From NCBI GenBank assembly GCA_035703635.1, contig DASSXV010000010.1:32001-96000 (forward strand): DNA of 64,000 bases, in the 5' to 3' direction. The translations under genes and the position numbers were made by a program. The stretch comes from Trueperaceae bacterium (GTDB lineage Bacteria; Deinococcota; Deinococci; Deinococcales; Trueperaceae). Of the stretch, positions 1-8,445 are shown in pieces; within the stretch, counting starts at the first letter, position 1, and the number at the start of each line of letters is the position of its first letter. The notes under the pieces were generated by a model. It was not told where the DNA came from and searched no databases. It worked only from the letters and a program-made list of their open reading frames with translations.

Positions 1-2
1 CT

Positions 3-83
3 GGCCCGCACCTCCATTGGGAGATGCGCGTGCGGGGCGCGGCGAGCAACCCCTTCGCCTGGGTAGGCAAGACCTACCCGTGA
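3..83 (+). CDS. C-terminal fragment of an M23-family metallopeptidase (runs off the left edge)
   Basis: Frame from position 3 reads GPHLHWEMRVRGAASNPFAWVGKTYP*, containing the M23 GPHLH(F/W)E motif; its TGA (81-83) overlaps the next GTG (80-82). Confidence 0.8.
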   Translation, partial: GPHLHWEMRVRGAASNPFAWVGKTYP

Positions 84-1678
84 ACCGGGCGCAGCGCCGA
101 GGTCGCGGGTTGGCCTTGGGCCTAGCCCTTACTGGCACGCTGATCGGTCAGGCCATAGCGGGCGTGCCCCTCCAGGCACCTGCCATGCCAGCCGGCACGC
201 TGCCGTGGAACGAAGTCGTCTGGTACGAGGTGTTCGTGCGCTCGTTCCAGGACTCAGACGCCGACGGGGTTGGTGATCTTCGCGGTGTTACCCAGCGCCT
301 GCCATACCTGGCCGACCTCGGAGTAGGCGGACTGTGGCTGATGCCGACGTACCCAAGCCCGAGCTACCACGGCTACGACGTCACCGATTACCTCGCCGTA
401 AACCCGGACTACGGCACGGCGGAGGACCTACGCACTTTGATCGGGGAGGCACACGCCCTCGGCATCCGGGTGATCCTTGACTTCGTCCCGAACCACAGCT
501 CGTCACAACACCCATGGTTCATCGCCGCCGCCGCTGGCGACCCGGCCTACCGCGACTACTACCGTTTCGAGGCCGATCCGGCGCCCATCCGCGGGACGCG
601 TGGCGGGAGCGCCTGGCACGCAACGGGTGCGGGCACGAGTTACCTCGGGCTCTTCTCGGAGCGCATGCCGGACCTGAACCTGGCCTACTCCGCCGTCACC
701 GCCGAGTTACAGCGCGCGGCGTACTTCTGGCTCGAGCTTGAGGTCGACGGGTTCCGCGTCGACGCCATCCAGCACCTCATCGAGGGCGCGGACGGGCAGA
801 TCTCGAACACGCCGGCAACCTACGCCTGGGTGGGCGAGTTCGAGGCCTTCCTTCACGAGGTTGCGCCACACGCCTTCCTGGTCGGGGAGACGTGGACGGA
901 GATGCCGGCCATCGTGCGCTACCACGAGGAGTCAGGCCTCGACATGTCGTTCGACTACCCGCTCTGGAAGGTCGTGCTCGCCGCCCTGCAGTCCCGCAGC
1001 GCGGCCGACCTGGCGTTCACGCTGGAGCAGGAGCAGGCGCTCTACCCGGCTGGCGCCGTGCGCGGGACCTTCCTCTCCAACCACGATCAGACGCGGCACG
1101 CCACCAGGCTGTCGCTACCACGGCGAGACGAGGCGCGCCTGAAGCTCGCGGCTGGCCTCCTCCTCACCCTGCCGGGGACGCCGTTCCTCTACTACGGTGA
1201 GGAGATCGGCATGCCTGACGGCCCCGGAGCGTTCGACGTCGAGAAGCGCACCCCGATGCGCTGGGAGGCGGAGGCCGTGGACGGTACCTTCGGCTTCAGC
1301 GCGGCCCAGCCGTGGACCGACCCAGGCGCCGCCCTGACCGGCGTCAGCGTGGCGGAGCAGGCGGCAGACCCAGGTTCGCTCCTCAATCACTACCGCCGGC
1401 TGCTGGCGCTGCGCAACGCCAGCCCGGCCCTGCGCTCGAGCGAGTGGCGCGTACTGCAGACCCCATCGCGCGCCGTGCTCGCCGTCGAGCGCCTGGGGGC
1501 CGGCGGGGAGCGCTTGATCGTCATGGCTAACCTAGGCACCCGCGCCGTTACCTTCGCGCAAGGGGAACTACCCGAGGTTGACGCGGTCGACCTCGTCGGC
1601 GGTGAGGCCGTTCCAACCGATGCGGCTGGAGGCGTGCAGCTTCCAGGCCTTGCCCTCTACGTGCTCCGCGTCCGGTGA
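80..1678 (+). CDS. Secreted GH13 alpha-amylase-family glycoside hydrolase (AmyA-like, MPDLN group)
   Basis: YEVFVRSFQDSD..GDLRG, YHGYDVTDY, DFVPNH, MPDLN, GFRVDA, VGE and NHD catalytic motifs; hydrophobic signal-like N-terminus; GTG 80 chosen for its GTGA coupling to the upstream gene. Confidence 0.9.
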   Translation: MNRAQRRGRGLALGLALTGTLIGQAIAGVPLQAPAMPAGTLPWNEVVWYEVFVRSFQDSDADGVGDLRGVTQRLPYLADLGVGGLWLMPTYPSPSYHGYDVTDYLAVNPDYGTAEDLRTLIGEAHALGIRVILDFVPNHSSSQHPWFIAAAAGDPAYRDYYRFEADPAPIRGTRGGSAWHATGAGTSYLGLFSERMPDLNLAYSAVTAELQRAAYFWLELEVDGFRVDAIQHLIEGADGQISNTPATYAWVGEFEAFLHEVAPHAFLVGETWTEMPAIVRYHEESGLDMSFDYPLWKVVLAALQSRSAADLAFTLEQEQALYPAGAVRGTFLSNHDQTRHATRLSLPRRDEARLKLAAGLLLTLPGTPFLYYGEEIGMPDGPGAFDVEKRTPMRWEAEAVDGTFGFSAAQPWTDPGAALTGVSVAEQAADPGSLLNHYRRLLALRNASPALRSSEWRVLQTPSRAVLAVERLGAGGERLIVMANLGTRAVTFAQGELPEVDAVDLVGGEAVPTDAAGGVQLPGLALYVLRVR

Positions 1679-1754
1679 CGGCGCGTACGCTGGCCGTCGG
1701 CCCTGGCCAGCGCCGCTGCCCCCGCCGCCGGGCGGCCCCGTATACTTGGCCCTT

Positions 1755-2768
1755 ATGAGCAAAACTCCCCCCGCTGCCAAGCCGCGCGTCTTCTCAGGCG
1801 TGCAACCCACCGGCTCCCTTCACCTAGGCAACTACGTGGGAGCGCTGCAGCAGTGGGTGGCGCAGCAGCACGAACGCGACAGCATCTTCTGCGTCGTCGA
1901 CCTGCACGCCCTCACCGTCCCGGAGGAGGTCGAGCCGGCACGCCTACGCGAACAGGTGCGCAGCGCCGCCGCCATCTACTTCGCGGTCGGGATCGAGCCG
2001 GAGAGCAACGTGGTCTTCGTGCAGTCCGCCGTGCGCGAACACAGCGAGCTGACGTGGCTCCTCAACTGCGTAACGCCGCTCGGTTGGCTCTACCGCATGA
2101 CGCAGTTCAAGTCGAAGTCGGAGGGGCGCGAGAGCGTCGGGACGGGCCTACTCGACTACCCAGTGCTGATGGCGGCCGATATCCTCCTGTACGACACCGT
2201 GACGGTGCCCGTCGGCGAGGACCAAGTTCAGCACATCGAACTGACTCGCGACGTCGCGCAGCGCTTCAACAACCTCTTCGGCGACGTCTTCGTCGTGCCG
2301 AAAGCGCAGATCCCCACCGTTGGCGCGCGCGTGATGGGCCTCGACGAACCGACCGTAAAGATGTCGAAGAGCCTCGCCGTTCACAGGCCCGGCCACGCCA
2401 TCAACCTCCTGGACGACCCCGCGACGGTCAAGAAGGCCGTGATGAGCGCTGTCACAGACTCTGGGCGCGAACTGCGCTTCGAGCACGCCTCGCCCGGCGT
2501 ACGCAACCTCCTCGCCATCTACCAGGTGCTGACAAAGAAGTCAGCTGAGGACATCGAAGCCGAGTTCGACGGCGCAGGCTATGGGCACCTCAAGAAGGCC
2601 GTGGTGGAGGTGATCGTCTCTACCCTCGAGCCCATCCAGGCGCGCTACCACGAGTACATGAACGACCGCGCGCAGCTAGAAGCGTTGCTAACCGGTGGTG
2701 CCGAGAAGGCGCGCGCGATCGCTGACGGCACCATGCGGCGCGTGCGGGACGCCATGGGGGTGAGCTAA
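1755..2768 (+). CDS. trpS: Tryptophan--tRNA ligase
   Basis: FSGVQPTGSLHLGNY (HIGH-type), VDLHALT, YPVLMAADILLY, VPVGEDQ, KMSKS; TATACT 8 nt before ATG 1755. Confidence 0.97.
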   Translation: MSKTPPAAKPRVFSGVQPTGSLHLGNYVGALQQWVAQQHERDSIFCVVDLHALTVPEEVEPARLREQVRSAAAIYFAVGIEPESNVVFVQSAVREHSELTWLLNCVTPLGWLYRMTQFKSKSEGRESVGTGLLDYPVLMAADILLYDTVTVPVGEDQVQHIELTRDVAQRFNNLFGDVFVVPKAQIPTVGARVMGLDEPTVKMSKSLAVHRPGHAINLLDDPATVKKAVMSAVTDSGRELRFEHASPGVRNLLAIYQVLTKKSAEDIEAEFDGAGYGHLKKAVVEVIVSTLEPIQARYHEYMNDRAQLEALLTGGAEKARAIADGTMRRVRDAMGVS

Positions 2769-2808
2769 CGCTCAGCGCGCGCCCCGTGCCAGAGGGTGGT
2801 GCTGGCGC

Positions 2809-3717
2809 ATGAAGGCGAGCGCCAGCGTGATCTTCGTGTTCCTTGACGGCGTTGGTCTAGGCGCCAACGACCCAGTGACCAACCCGCTCGCCAGCGCAAC
2901 GATGCCTTACCTCACGGAGCTTCTGGGCGGGCGCCTAACGCGTGAGCTCCCAGACGTCACGAAACCCGACCTCGTGTTCCGCCAGCTCGACGCCACCCTT
3001 GGAGTGGACGGACTGCCGCAGTCGGCGACCGGGCAGACGACGCTTCTCACAGGCGTCAACGGGGCGGCGGCGATGGGTCGTCACTACGGACCGTGGCCCG
3101 GCCCGACCCTCAAGGCTGTCATCGCGCAAGGTACGCTCTTCGACCGCGCCAAGGAGCTGCATGGCGCGGTGCTGGCGAACGCCTACCCGCCCCAGTACTT
3201 CGCTGCCATGGGCGGCAGGCGCTACCGGCCTAACGCACCGGTCGTGGCTGCCACGGCTGCCGGCACTGAACTTCGCGACCTCGACGCGTACCGCGCCGGC
3301 CTCGCCGTCGGTCCGGACATCGACGGTGCGCGGCTCGTGCGCCTCAGTCCAGACTTGCCTCCGCAAGGCGTGGCCGGAACCGCCGCCGCGCTGATGCGGC
3401 TAGCGCACTCCGCGTCGTTCGTGTTCTTCGACGTATGGCCAACCGATGCCCTCGGACACGCTAGGGATTTCGAGGGGGCCGTCAAACTCCTCGGACTAGT
3501 CGACGGGCTCCTCAGCCGCATCTTCGGCGCCGACGTGACGGTGGTGGTCACTTCCGACCACGGCAACCTCGAGGACGTCTCGTCTGGCCAACACACCCTC
3601 AACAAGGTGCCGCTGCTGGTCAGTGGACGCGGCGCAGCGGCCTTCGTCGCTGCCAAGTCGCTCCTTGACGTCGCGCCAGCCATCCGGCGCGTGTGGGAGC
3701 AGGCTGAGGACGCCTAA
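2809..3717 (+). CDS. Alkaline-phosphatase-superfamily metalloenzyme (phosphoglycerate/phosphopentomutase-like)
   Basis: FLDGVG, PQSATGQT, D..GH, TSDHGN and HT metal-binding motifs. Confidence 0.75.
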   Translation: MKASASVIFVFLDGVGLGANDPVTNPLASATMPYLTELLGGRLTRELPDVTKPDLVFRQLDATLGVDGLPQSATGQTTLLTGVNGAAAMGRHYGPWPGPTLKAVIAQGTLFDRAKELHGAVLANAYPPQYFAAMGGRRYRPNAPVVAATAAGTELRDLDAYRAGLAVGPDIDGARLVRLSPDLPPQGVAGTAAALMRLAHSASFVFFDVWPTDALGHARDFEGAVKLLGLVDGLLSRIFGADVTVVVTSDHGNLEDVSSGQHTLNKVPLLVSGRGAAAFVAAKSLLDVAPAIRRVWEQAEDA

Positions 3718-4901
3718 GCCAGGCCGAGGATGATTATCAGCGCCTCGTACCAAGCGCCAACGAGCAGCAAGACGCCTGCGATGGGCAGCATGAGCAGTAA
3801 CTTGCGGAAGCCGCGCAAGAACTTACCTGGCGCTCCGCGCCTGACGACGGTGGCGAGCAGCATGCCGCCGCCAGCCACGACCAGGAAGTAGGACGTCAGT
3901 TCGAGCACCAAGAGGATGAGCAGCAAGAGGATGTAGAACGGCCCGCCAGAAGCGAGCAGGCCGAACGGCACGCCCTGCGTGAAGAAGGACGCCGCCGCGA
4001 ACAAGTAGGCTGGCACGCCGAAGAGGGCGGCAAGCGGGAAGGTAACGGAAGTGGTTACCACCCCGAAGTTCTGGAAGTAGGTGGTGGCCGCGGCGCGCAC
4101 GACGTTACCGCTGCCGTACGCCTGCGTTGCACCGACGCTGCCGATGGCGGCGTTGATGACGTCTAGCACCGCCTGCTCGCATTCCGCAGGCAGGGTCGTT
4201 CCGACGTAGGCGCCCAACGCGAAGAGGGCGTAGAGGCCGATCAGCGTGACGGCGACCAGGCGCCGGTGCTCCTTGATGGCGGCCATACCCGCTACCAACC
4301 AGCGGCGAATAGGTGAACCGGGGCGGAGGAGCGCGAGCAGCACGAGTAGCGAGAAGGCGACGAACACCCAGCCAGCCGCTGGCGTCTGCAGCCACGCGCG
4401 CACACCAGTCGGTTGGTTCTGGTTGAGGAAGCCGACGTACGAGGGCGTCCACGTGCCGCCGCTCCGCTGCATGACGACTTCTACGACGTCGAGCTGGTTC
4501 CCTGGCCTGACGGCTGCGTACGTGAAGCGCCTAACGTCGGGGTCGGCGCTTGGATGCTCGATGCGGTCCTCGACGCGCACTTCCGTGCCTGGCACGGGTC
4601 CGGGGTTGACGACTATCGCGGGTAGTTCCCGACATAGTTGCGCAGGGTCGAGGCCGATCAGGTAATCAAGGGAGGCGGCAGGTCGCGCGAGCCACGCCTT
4701 GACGGCGGCGTCCGCCTCTGCTGGCACGGTGTCAGCGGAAGCCATCGGTGTTGGAGACCCTTGCGCGGTGGCGCCTGGAGTTTCGTTCGGTGTCGCGACG
4801 TCGGCGGGTTCTTGGGCGAACGCGAACCCAGTTAGTAGCGCCAGCAGCAAGAGTAAGTTGACGATCTGACGTGGGTTGCGGGCGGGACGGGATTGCACCA
4901 T
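3714..4901 (-). CDS. SpoIIM-family membrane protein with N-terminal signal and extracytoplasmic domain
   Basis: Signal-like N-terminus, then several TM helices with QN...LEL...GG...GAWYEA, resembling the SpoIIM/DUF95 family; start uncertain. Confidence 0.65.
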   Translation of the reverse strand: MVQSRPARNPRQIVNLLLLLALLTGFAFAQEPADVATPNETPGATAQGSPTPMASADTVPAEADAAVKAWLARPAASLDYLIGLDPAQLCRELPAIVVNPGPVPGTEVRVEDRIEHPSADPDVRRFTYAAVRPGNQLDVVEVVMQRSGGTWTPSYVGFLNQNQPTGVRAWLQTPAAGWVFVAFSLLVLLALLRPGSPIRRWLVAGMAAIKEHRRLVAVTLIGLYALFALGAYVGTTLPAECEQAVLDVINAAIGSVGATQAYGSGNVVRAAATTYFQNFGVVTTSVTFPLAALFGVPAYLFAAASFFTQGVPFGLLASGGPFYILLLLILLVLELTSYFLVVAGGGMLLATVVRRGAPGKFLRGFRKLLLMLPIAGVLLLVGAWYEALIIILGLA

Positions 4902-4980
4902 TCACTCCTGTGGCCGCCGTGGCGGGAACGGCGCCAGCATACCGCCTTGGCCAAGACGGGAGTCGTAGACTTGCCCGAGT

Positions 4981-5487
4981 ATGCGCCTCAAGCCCACCGT
5001 CTGGTACTTGAACGCCGCACACCGCACCTTGCTGGCGGCGGTGCCTGCGTTGGCGCGGCCGGATGACGCTTGGGCGAGCGCTTACCTTACTAGCCGAGAG
5101 TTCGCGCTGTTCGTGAGCCTGCCTGCACAGGAGCGGGCTCACGGTGTCGAGGTGGCACGGCGCCTGCTGCGGCGCAGGCCGCGGGCTACCTCCGAGCTGA
5201 TCGCCGCGGCCTTGCTTCACGACGTTGGCAAGCTTGGGACCCCGCAGGGCGCGTTGTGGCGCGTCCTCACCCACCTCTTGCCGCACGCGGGTGCCGCGCG
5301 TAGTGCGCCGCGGCTGCGTGGCCTGGCCGGTGCGCGCCAGGCGCGCGCGCACCACGCGACGTACGGCGCCGAACTGTTGAGAGACGCGGGGTCGTCTGCG
5401 CGCGTCGTCGCCCTCGTGGAGGGTCACCACTCAGCCGCCGGCGACCCAGACCTCAGGCTGTTGCAGGAGTGCGATGAGCGCACCTGA
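4981..5487 (+). CDS. HD-domain phosphohydrolase
   Basis: H...LLHDVGK...HH...HH...D pattern; overlaps the folC start. Confidence 0.8.
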   Translation: MRLKPTVWYLNAAHRTLLAAVPALARPDDAWASAYLTSREFALFVSLPAQERAHGVEVARRLLRRRPRATSELIAAALLHDVGKLGTPQGALWRVLTHLLPHAGAARSAPRLRGLAGARQARAHHATYGAELLRDAGSSARVVALVEGHHSAAGDPDLRLLQECDERT

Positions 5488-6772
5488 AGTCGAGGCCACT
5501 CCGCACCTCGACTGGCTCTTCGCCCTGCAACGCTTCGGGATCAAGCCGGGCTTGGGGTCAATGAAGGCTCTCCTCGCGGACCTAGGTTCGCCGCAGGTGG
5601 GCCTGCGCAACGTGCTGGTGGCGGGAACGAACGGCAAGGGGAGCGCTGCGCGCGCGCTTGCCGCCTGCCTGGCGGAGGGCGGCGAGGTAGCGGGCCTGTA
5701 CACGAGCCCTCACTTGCAGCACGTCGGCGAGCGCGTGCGAGTCGCGGGCGTGGCGACGCCAGACGCCGCGCTGGACGAACTCCTCGGGCGGGCGCGGCCG
5801 GCTGCGGAGCGTAACGGGAACACCTTCTTCGAGGTCATCACCGCCGTCGCCCTGCTGCGCTTCGCCGAAGCTGGGGTGAGCACTGCCGTGCTCGAGGTTG
5901 GACTCGGGGGGCGCCTGGACGCCACGAACGCGGTCGAGCCCGCCCTGAGCGTGATCACGTCGGTGGCGCTCGATCACACGGCCGTCCTCGGCCATACCTT
6001 GGAGCTGATCGCCGGCGAGAAAGCCGGCATCATGCGCCCACTCGTGCCCGTGCTATCCGGCGTCTGCGAGGCCGGGCCCACCGCGGTGATCGCGCGGCAG
6101 GCGGCCGAGCTCGGAGCGCCCCTCAGCCAGTACGGCGGTGATTTCTGGGGCTCGGATGTCGACGTCGCATGGGAAGGGACCTCGTTCACCTGGCGCCACC
6201 CAGGGGCCGAATGCGACGGCGTTAGAGTCTCCTCGCCGCTCGTCGGCCGTCACCAAGTAGGGAACCTTGCCTTGGCGTTGGAGGCGGCGACCGCCCTTGG
6301 AGTGCCGCTGCAGGCGGCCTTGGCAGGAGTGGCGGCTGCGAGTTGGCCTGGGCGGCTCGAGTCGTTCTCGTGGAACGACCGCAGGGTCGTCCTGGACGGC
6401 GCGCATAACCCCGCCGCCGCCGCCGCGCTTGCCGCCGCCATCGGTGAGCTGACCGGTGGCGTGGCGCTGCTCGTCTTCGGCGCGTCGGCAGACAAGGACG
6501 TGGCTGGCGTCACCCACCTGCTCGCCCCCCTAGCAGAACGCGTAGTCGTCACGCGTGCGGCGCGCAGCCCACGCGCGATGGAGCCAAGCGCGCTTGCCGC
6601 GTTGGTACCTGGCGCCTCGGTAAGCTCCGATCCGGCCAGCGCGCTGCGGGCCGCACGAGAACTCACTCAGCCTGGTGACACCATCGTGGTGGCGGGCAGC
6701 CTCTTCTTGGTGGGTGAGGTGCGCGACTTGCTCACTGGCGGCGCTGTGGAGAACCGGCTTCACTGGCAGTGA
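5474..6772 (+). CDS. folC: Bifunctional folylpolyglutamate/dihydrofolate synthase
   Basis: VAGTNGKGS, YTSPHL, FFE, EVGLGGRLDATN, WPGRLE, LDGAHN, AGSLFLVGE. Confidence 0.96.
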   Translation: MSAPEVEATPHLDWLFALQRFGIKPGLGSMKALLADLGSPQVGLRNVLVAGTNGKGSAARALAACLAEGGEVAGLYTSPHLQHVGERVRVAGVATPDAALDELLGRARPAAERNGNTFFEVITAVALLRFAEAGVSTAVLEVGLGGRLDATNAVEPALSVITSVALDHTAVLGHTLELIAGEKAGIMRPLVPVLSGVCEAGPTAVIARQAAELGAPLSQYGGDFWGSDVDVAWEGTSFTWRHPGAECDGVRVSSPLVGRHQVGNLALALEAATALGVPLQAALAGVAAASWPGRLESFSWNDRRVVLDGAHNPAAAAALAAAIGELTGGVALLVFGASADKDVAGVTHLLAPLAERVVVTRAARSPRAMEPSALAALVPGASVSSDPASALRAARELTQPGDTIVVAGSLFLVGEVRDLLTGGAVENRLHWQ

Positions 6773-7409
6773 CTTCACTAGCCTTGGCCTTGGGCGCGTT
6801 GCGCCAGGCCAACAAGTGCTTCAGGAGCACGATGGCCACGATAGGCAGCACCCCGGTCACCACGGCGAAGCTATCCTCGCGCGGCCAACCGCTGCGGTCG
6901 AGCGTCAGCAGGGCGAGGAACGGGTACGCCAGCATGGTGATGATCGCGGCGAGGCCCGCGCGCCTCACGATGAGGTAGAGCGCCACGATCAGGATGAGCG
7001 CGGCCAGCCCGACCTGCGGGTAGAGCGGCAACGACACGCCTAGCGTGGTGGCTAGCGCCTTGCCGCCCCTGAAGCCGACGAACATCGAGAAGGCGTGCCC
7101 CAGGACGGCGCCGAAGCCTGCCACCAACGGCGCTGCTAGCGCGGGCGCTTCGACGCCAGGCGTGTTGGCGGCTGAGGCCGCCGCTATGAAGAGCCCGAGG
7201 TAGGTGGCGAGCGCACCCTTGGCGACGTCAAGCGCGAGCACCAGTACGCCCAAGCCGAGCGTCAGGTTGCGCGCGGTGTTCATGGCGCCCATGTTGCCTG
7301 ACCCCAAACTGAACACGTCCTTGCCCCGCGCCCGTGCGATCCAGGCGGCGGTCGGCACCGAACCGACCAGGTAGCCAACCGCGAGTGCGGCCAGGAGCTC
7401 AACCAGCAT
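6732..7409 (-). CDS. plsY: Glycerol-3-phosphate acyltransferase PlsY
   Basis: YLVGSVP, GSGNMGAMN, DVAKG, GH, FRGGK; ATG 7409 overlaps the recO end. Confidence 0.88.
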   Translation of the reverse strand: MLVELLAALAVGYLVGSVPTAAWIARARGKDVFSLGSGNMGAMNTARNLTLGLGVLVLALDVAKGALATYLGLFIAAASAANTPGVEAPALAAPLVAGFGAVLGHAFSMFVGFRGGKALATTLGVSLPLYPQVGLAALILIVALYLIVRRAGLAAIITMLAYPFLALLTLDRSGWPREDSFAVVTGVLPIVAIVLLKHLLAWRNAPKAKASEVTASEAGSPQRRQ

Positions 7410-8133
7410 GCGATGCGGCCAGTTGCTCACGCGCCGCTGCGAAGCTGCGTAGGTCACGCACGTGGTAAGCCACGTACGCTTCCAGCATGCGCCAAAGCTG
7501 CTCGCGGTGGTGGTAAGCGTTCGCCAACGCCGCCGACATGCTGCCCGCCACCAAGAGCCGCAACTCCGTAACGGCCTGCGGGGCCAGCGCGTGGCCACTG
7601 CGGCAGGCGTCGCACGTGAGGCCGCCTGCCTGGAGGTCGAAGGCGACGAACGGCTCCGGCGCACCGCAGGAAACACACGCCTGCACGCGCGGCGCCAGTC
7701 CGGCAACGTCAAGGAGCCGCCAGGCGTAGAGGAGGGCAACGAGGTCTGGATCGTCGTGCCGCGCTAACCCCCGCAGGGCGGAGGTCAAGTAGTCGTAAAC
7801 CCTCGCTTCGAGGTGCAGGTCGACGGTTAGCGCGTCAGCTAGTTCAGACAGGAGGTGCGCGTAAGGGTAGACGGTCGTCATACTGAGGCCAGCGAGCGCC
7901 CCGTTCAGCTGGACTTGTGTGAGGAGCGCTAGGTCCTCCTCCTGGCGCCGGTAGTACTGGACGGTGACGTCGTGGAAGAGCGAGAGCCTGCCAAGGTTGC
8001 CGCCCGGCAGGGTGCCCTTGCGCGCAACGGCGCGCCACTTGCCCTGCCGACCGAGGAGCGTCACGACGATGTCTCCAGACGGCAGCGCCTGCCGCTTGAT
8101 GACTAGCCCGTCGCTAACGGTGTAGCGTTTCAC
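7399..8133 (-). CDS. recO: DNA repair protein RecO
   Basis: N-terminal OB-fold pattern (GLVIKR...D.VVTLL...GK..AVARKG) and CVSC...CDAC zinc finger. Confidence 0.9.
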   Translation of the reverse strand: MKRYTVSDGLVIKRQALPSGDIVVTLLGRQGKWRAVARKGTLPGGNLGRLSLFHDVTVQYYRRQEEDLALLTQVQLNGALAGLSMTTVYPYAHLLSELADALTVDLHLEARVYDYLTSALRGLARHDDPDLVALLYAWRLLDVAGLAPRVQACVSCGAPEPFVAFDLQAGGLTCDACRSGHALAPQAVTELRLLVAGSMSAALANAYHHREQLWRMLEAYVAYHVRDLRSFAAAREQLAASHAG

Positions 8134-8142
8134 TCCTCAAGT

Positions 8143-8445
8143 CTAGCGCCCTTGGTGCCACACCACGACCGCCGGGGCTGACACGCTCCGCAGGGTGGCC
8201 GTCACCCCGACGGGGAACGCGAGCGCGTCACCGTGGCGTAGCACGCGGAACGCTCCAAGGGCGAGGTCGACGATGACCTCGCCGCTCAGCACGAGCACCC
8301 AACGCTCCTCGCTGCCGTCTAGCTCGTGAGGCGCGAGCAGCCGTTGCACCGCGAACGGCCCGCCAGGCACGGCGATGGCCGCACCTGCAGCCGAACTGGC
8401 AAGAGCAGGTAGGTTGAGCGCCCTGCCTGGGGCGGCTTTGCTCAA
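8143..8445 (-). CDS. Small cupin-like protein
   Basis: E.WVLVLSGEVIVD...LRHGDALAFPVG cupin-like beta-barrel pattern; translationally coupled to the topA stop. Confidence 0.6.
   Translation of the reverse strand: MSKAAPGRALNLPALASSAAGAAIAVPGGPFAVQRLLAPHELDGSEERWVLVLSGEVIVDLALGAFRVLRHGDALAFPVGVTATLRSVSAPAVVVWHQGR

Noticed and set aside
1679-1754. T-box or attenuator upstream of trpS
   Set aside because: The spacer is too short, has no T-box consensus, and the promoter-like TATACT abuts the start codon
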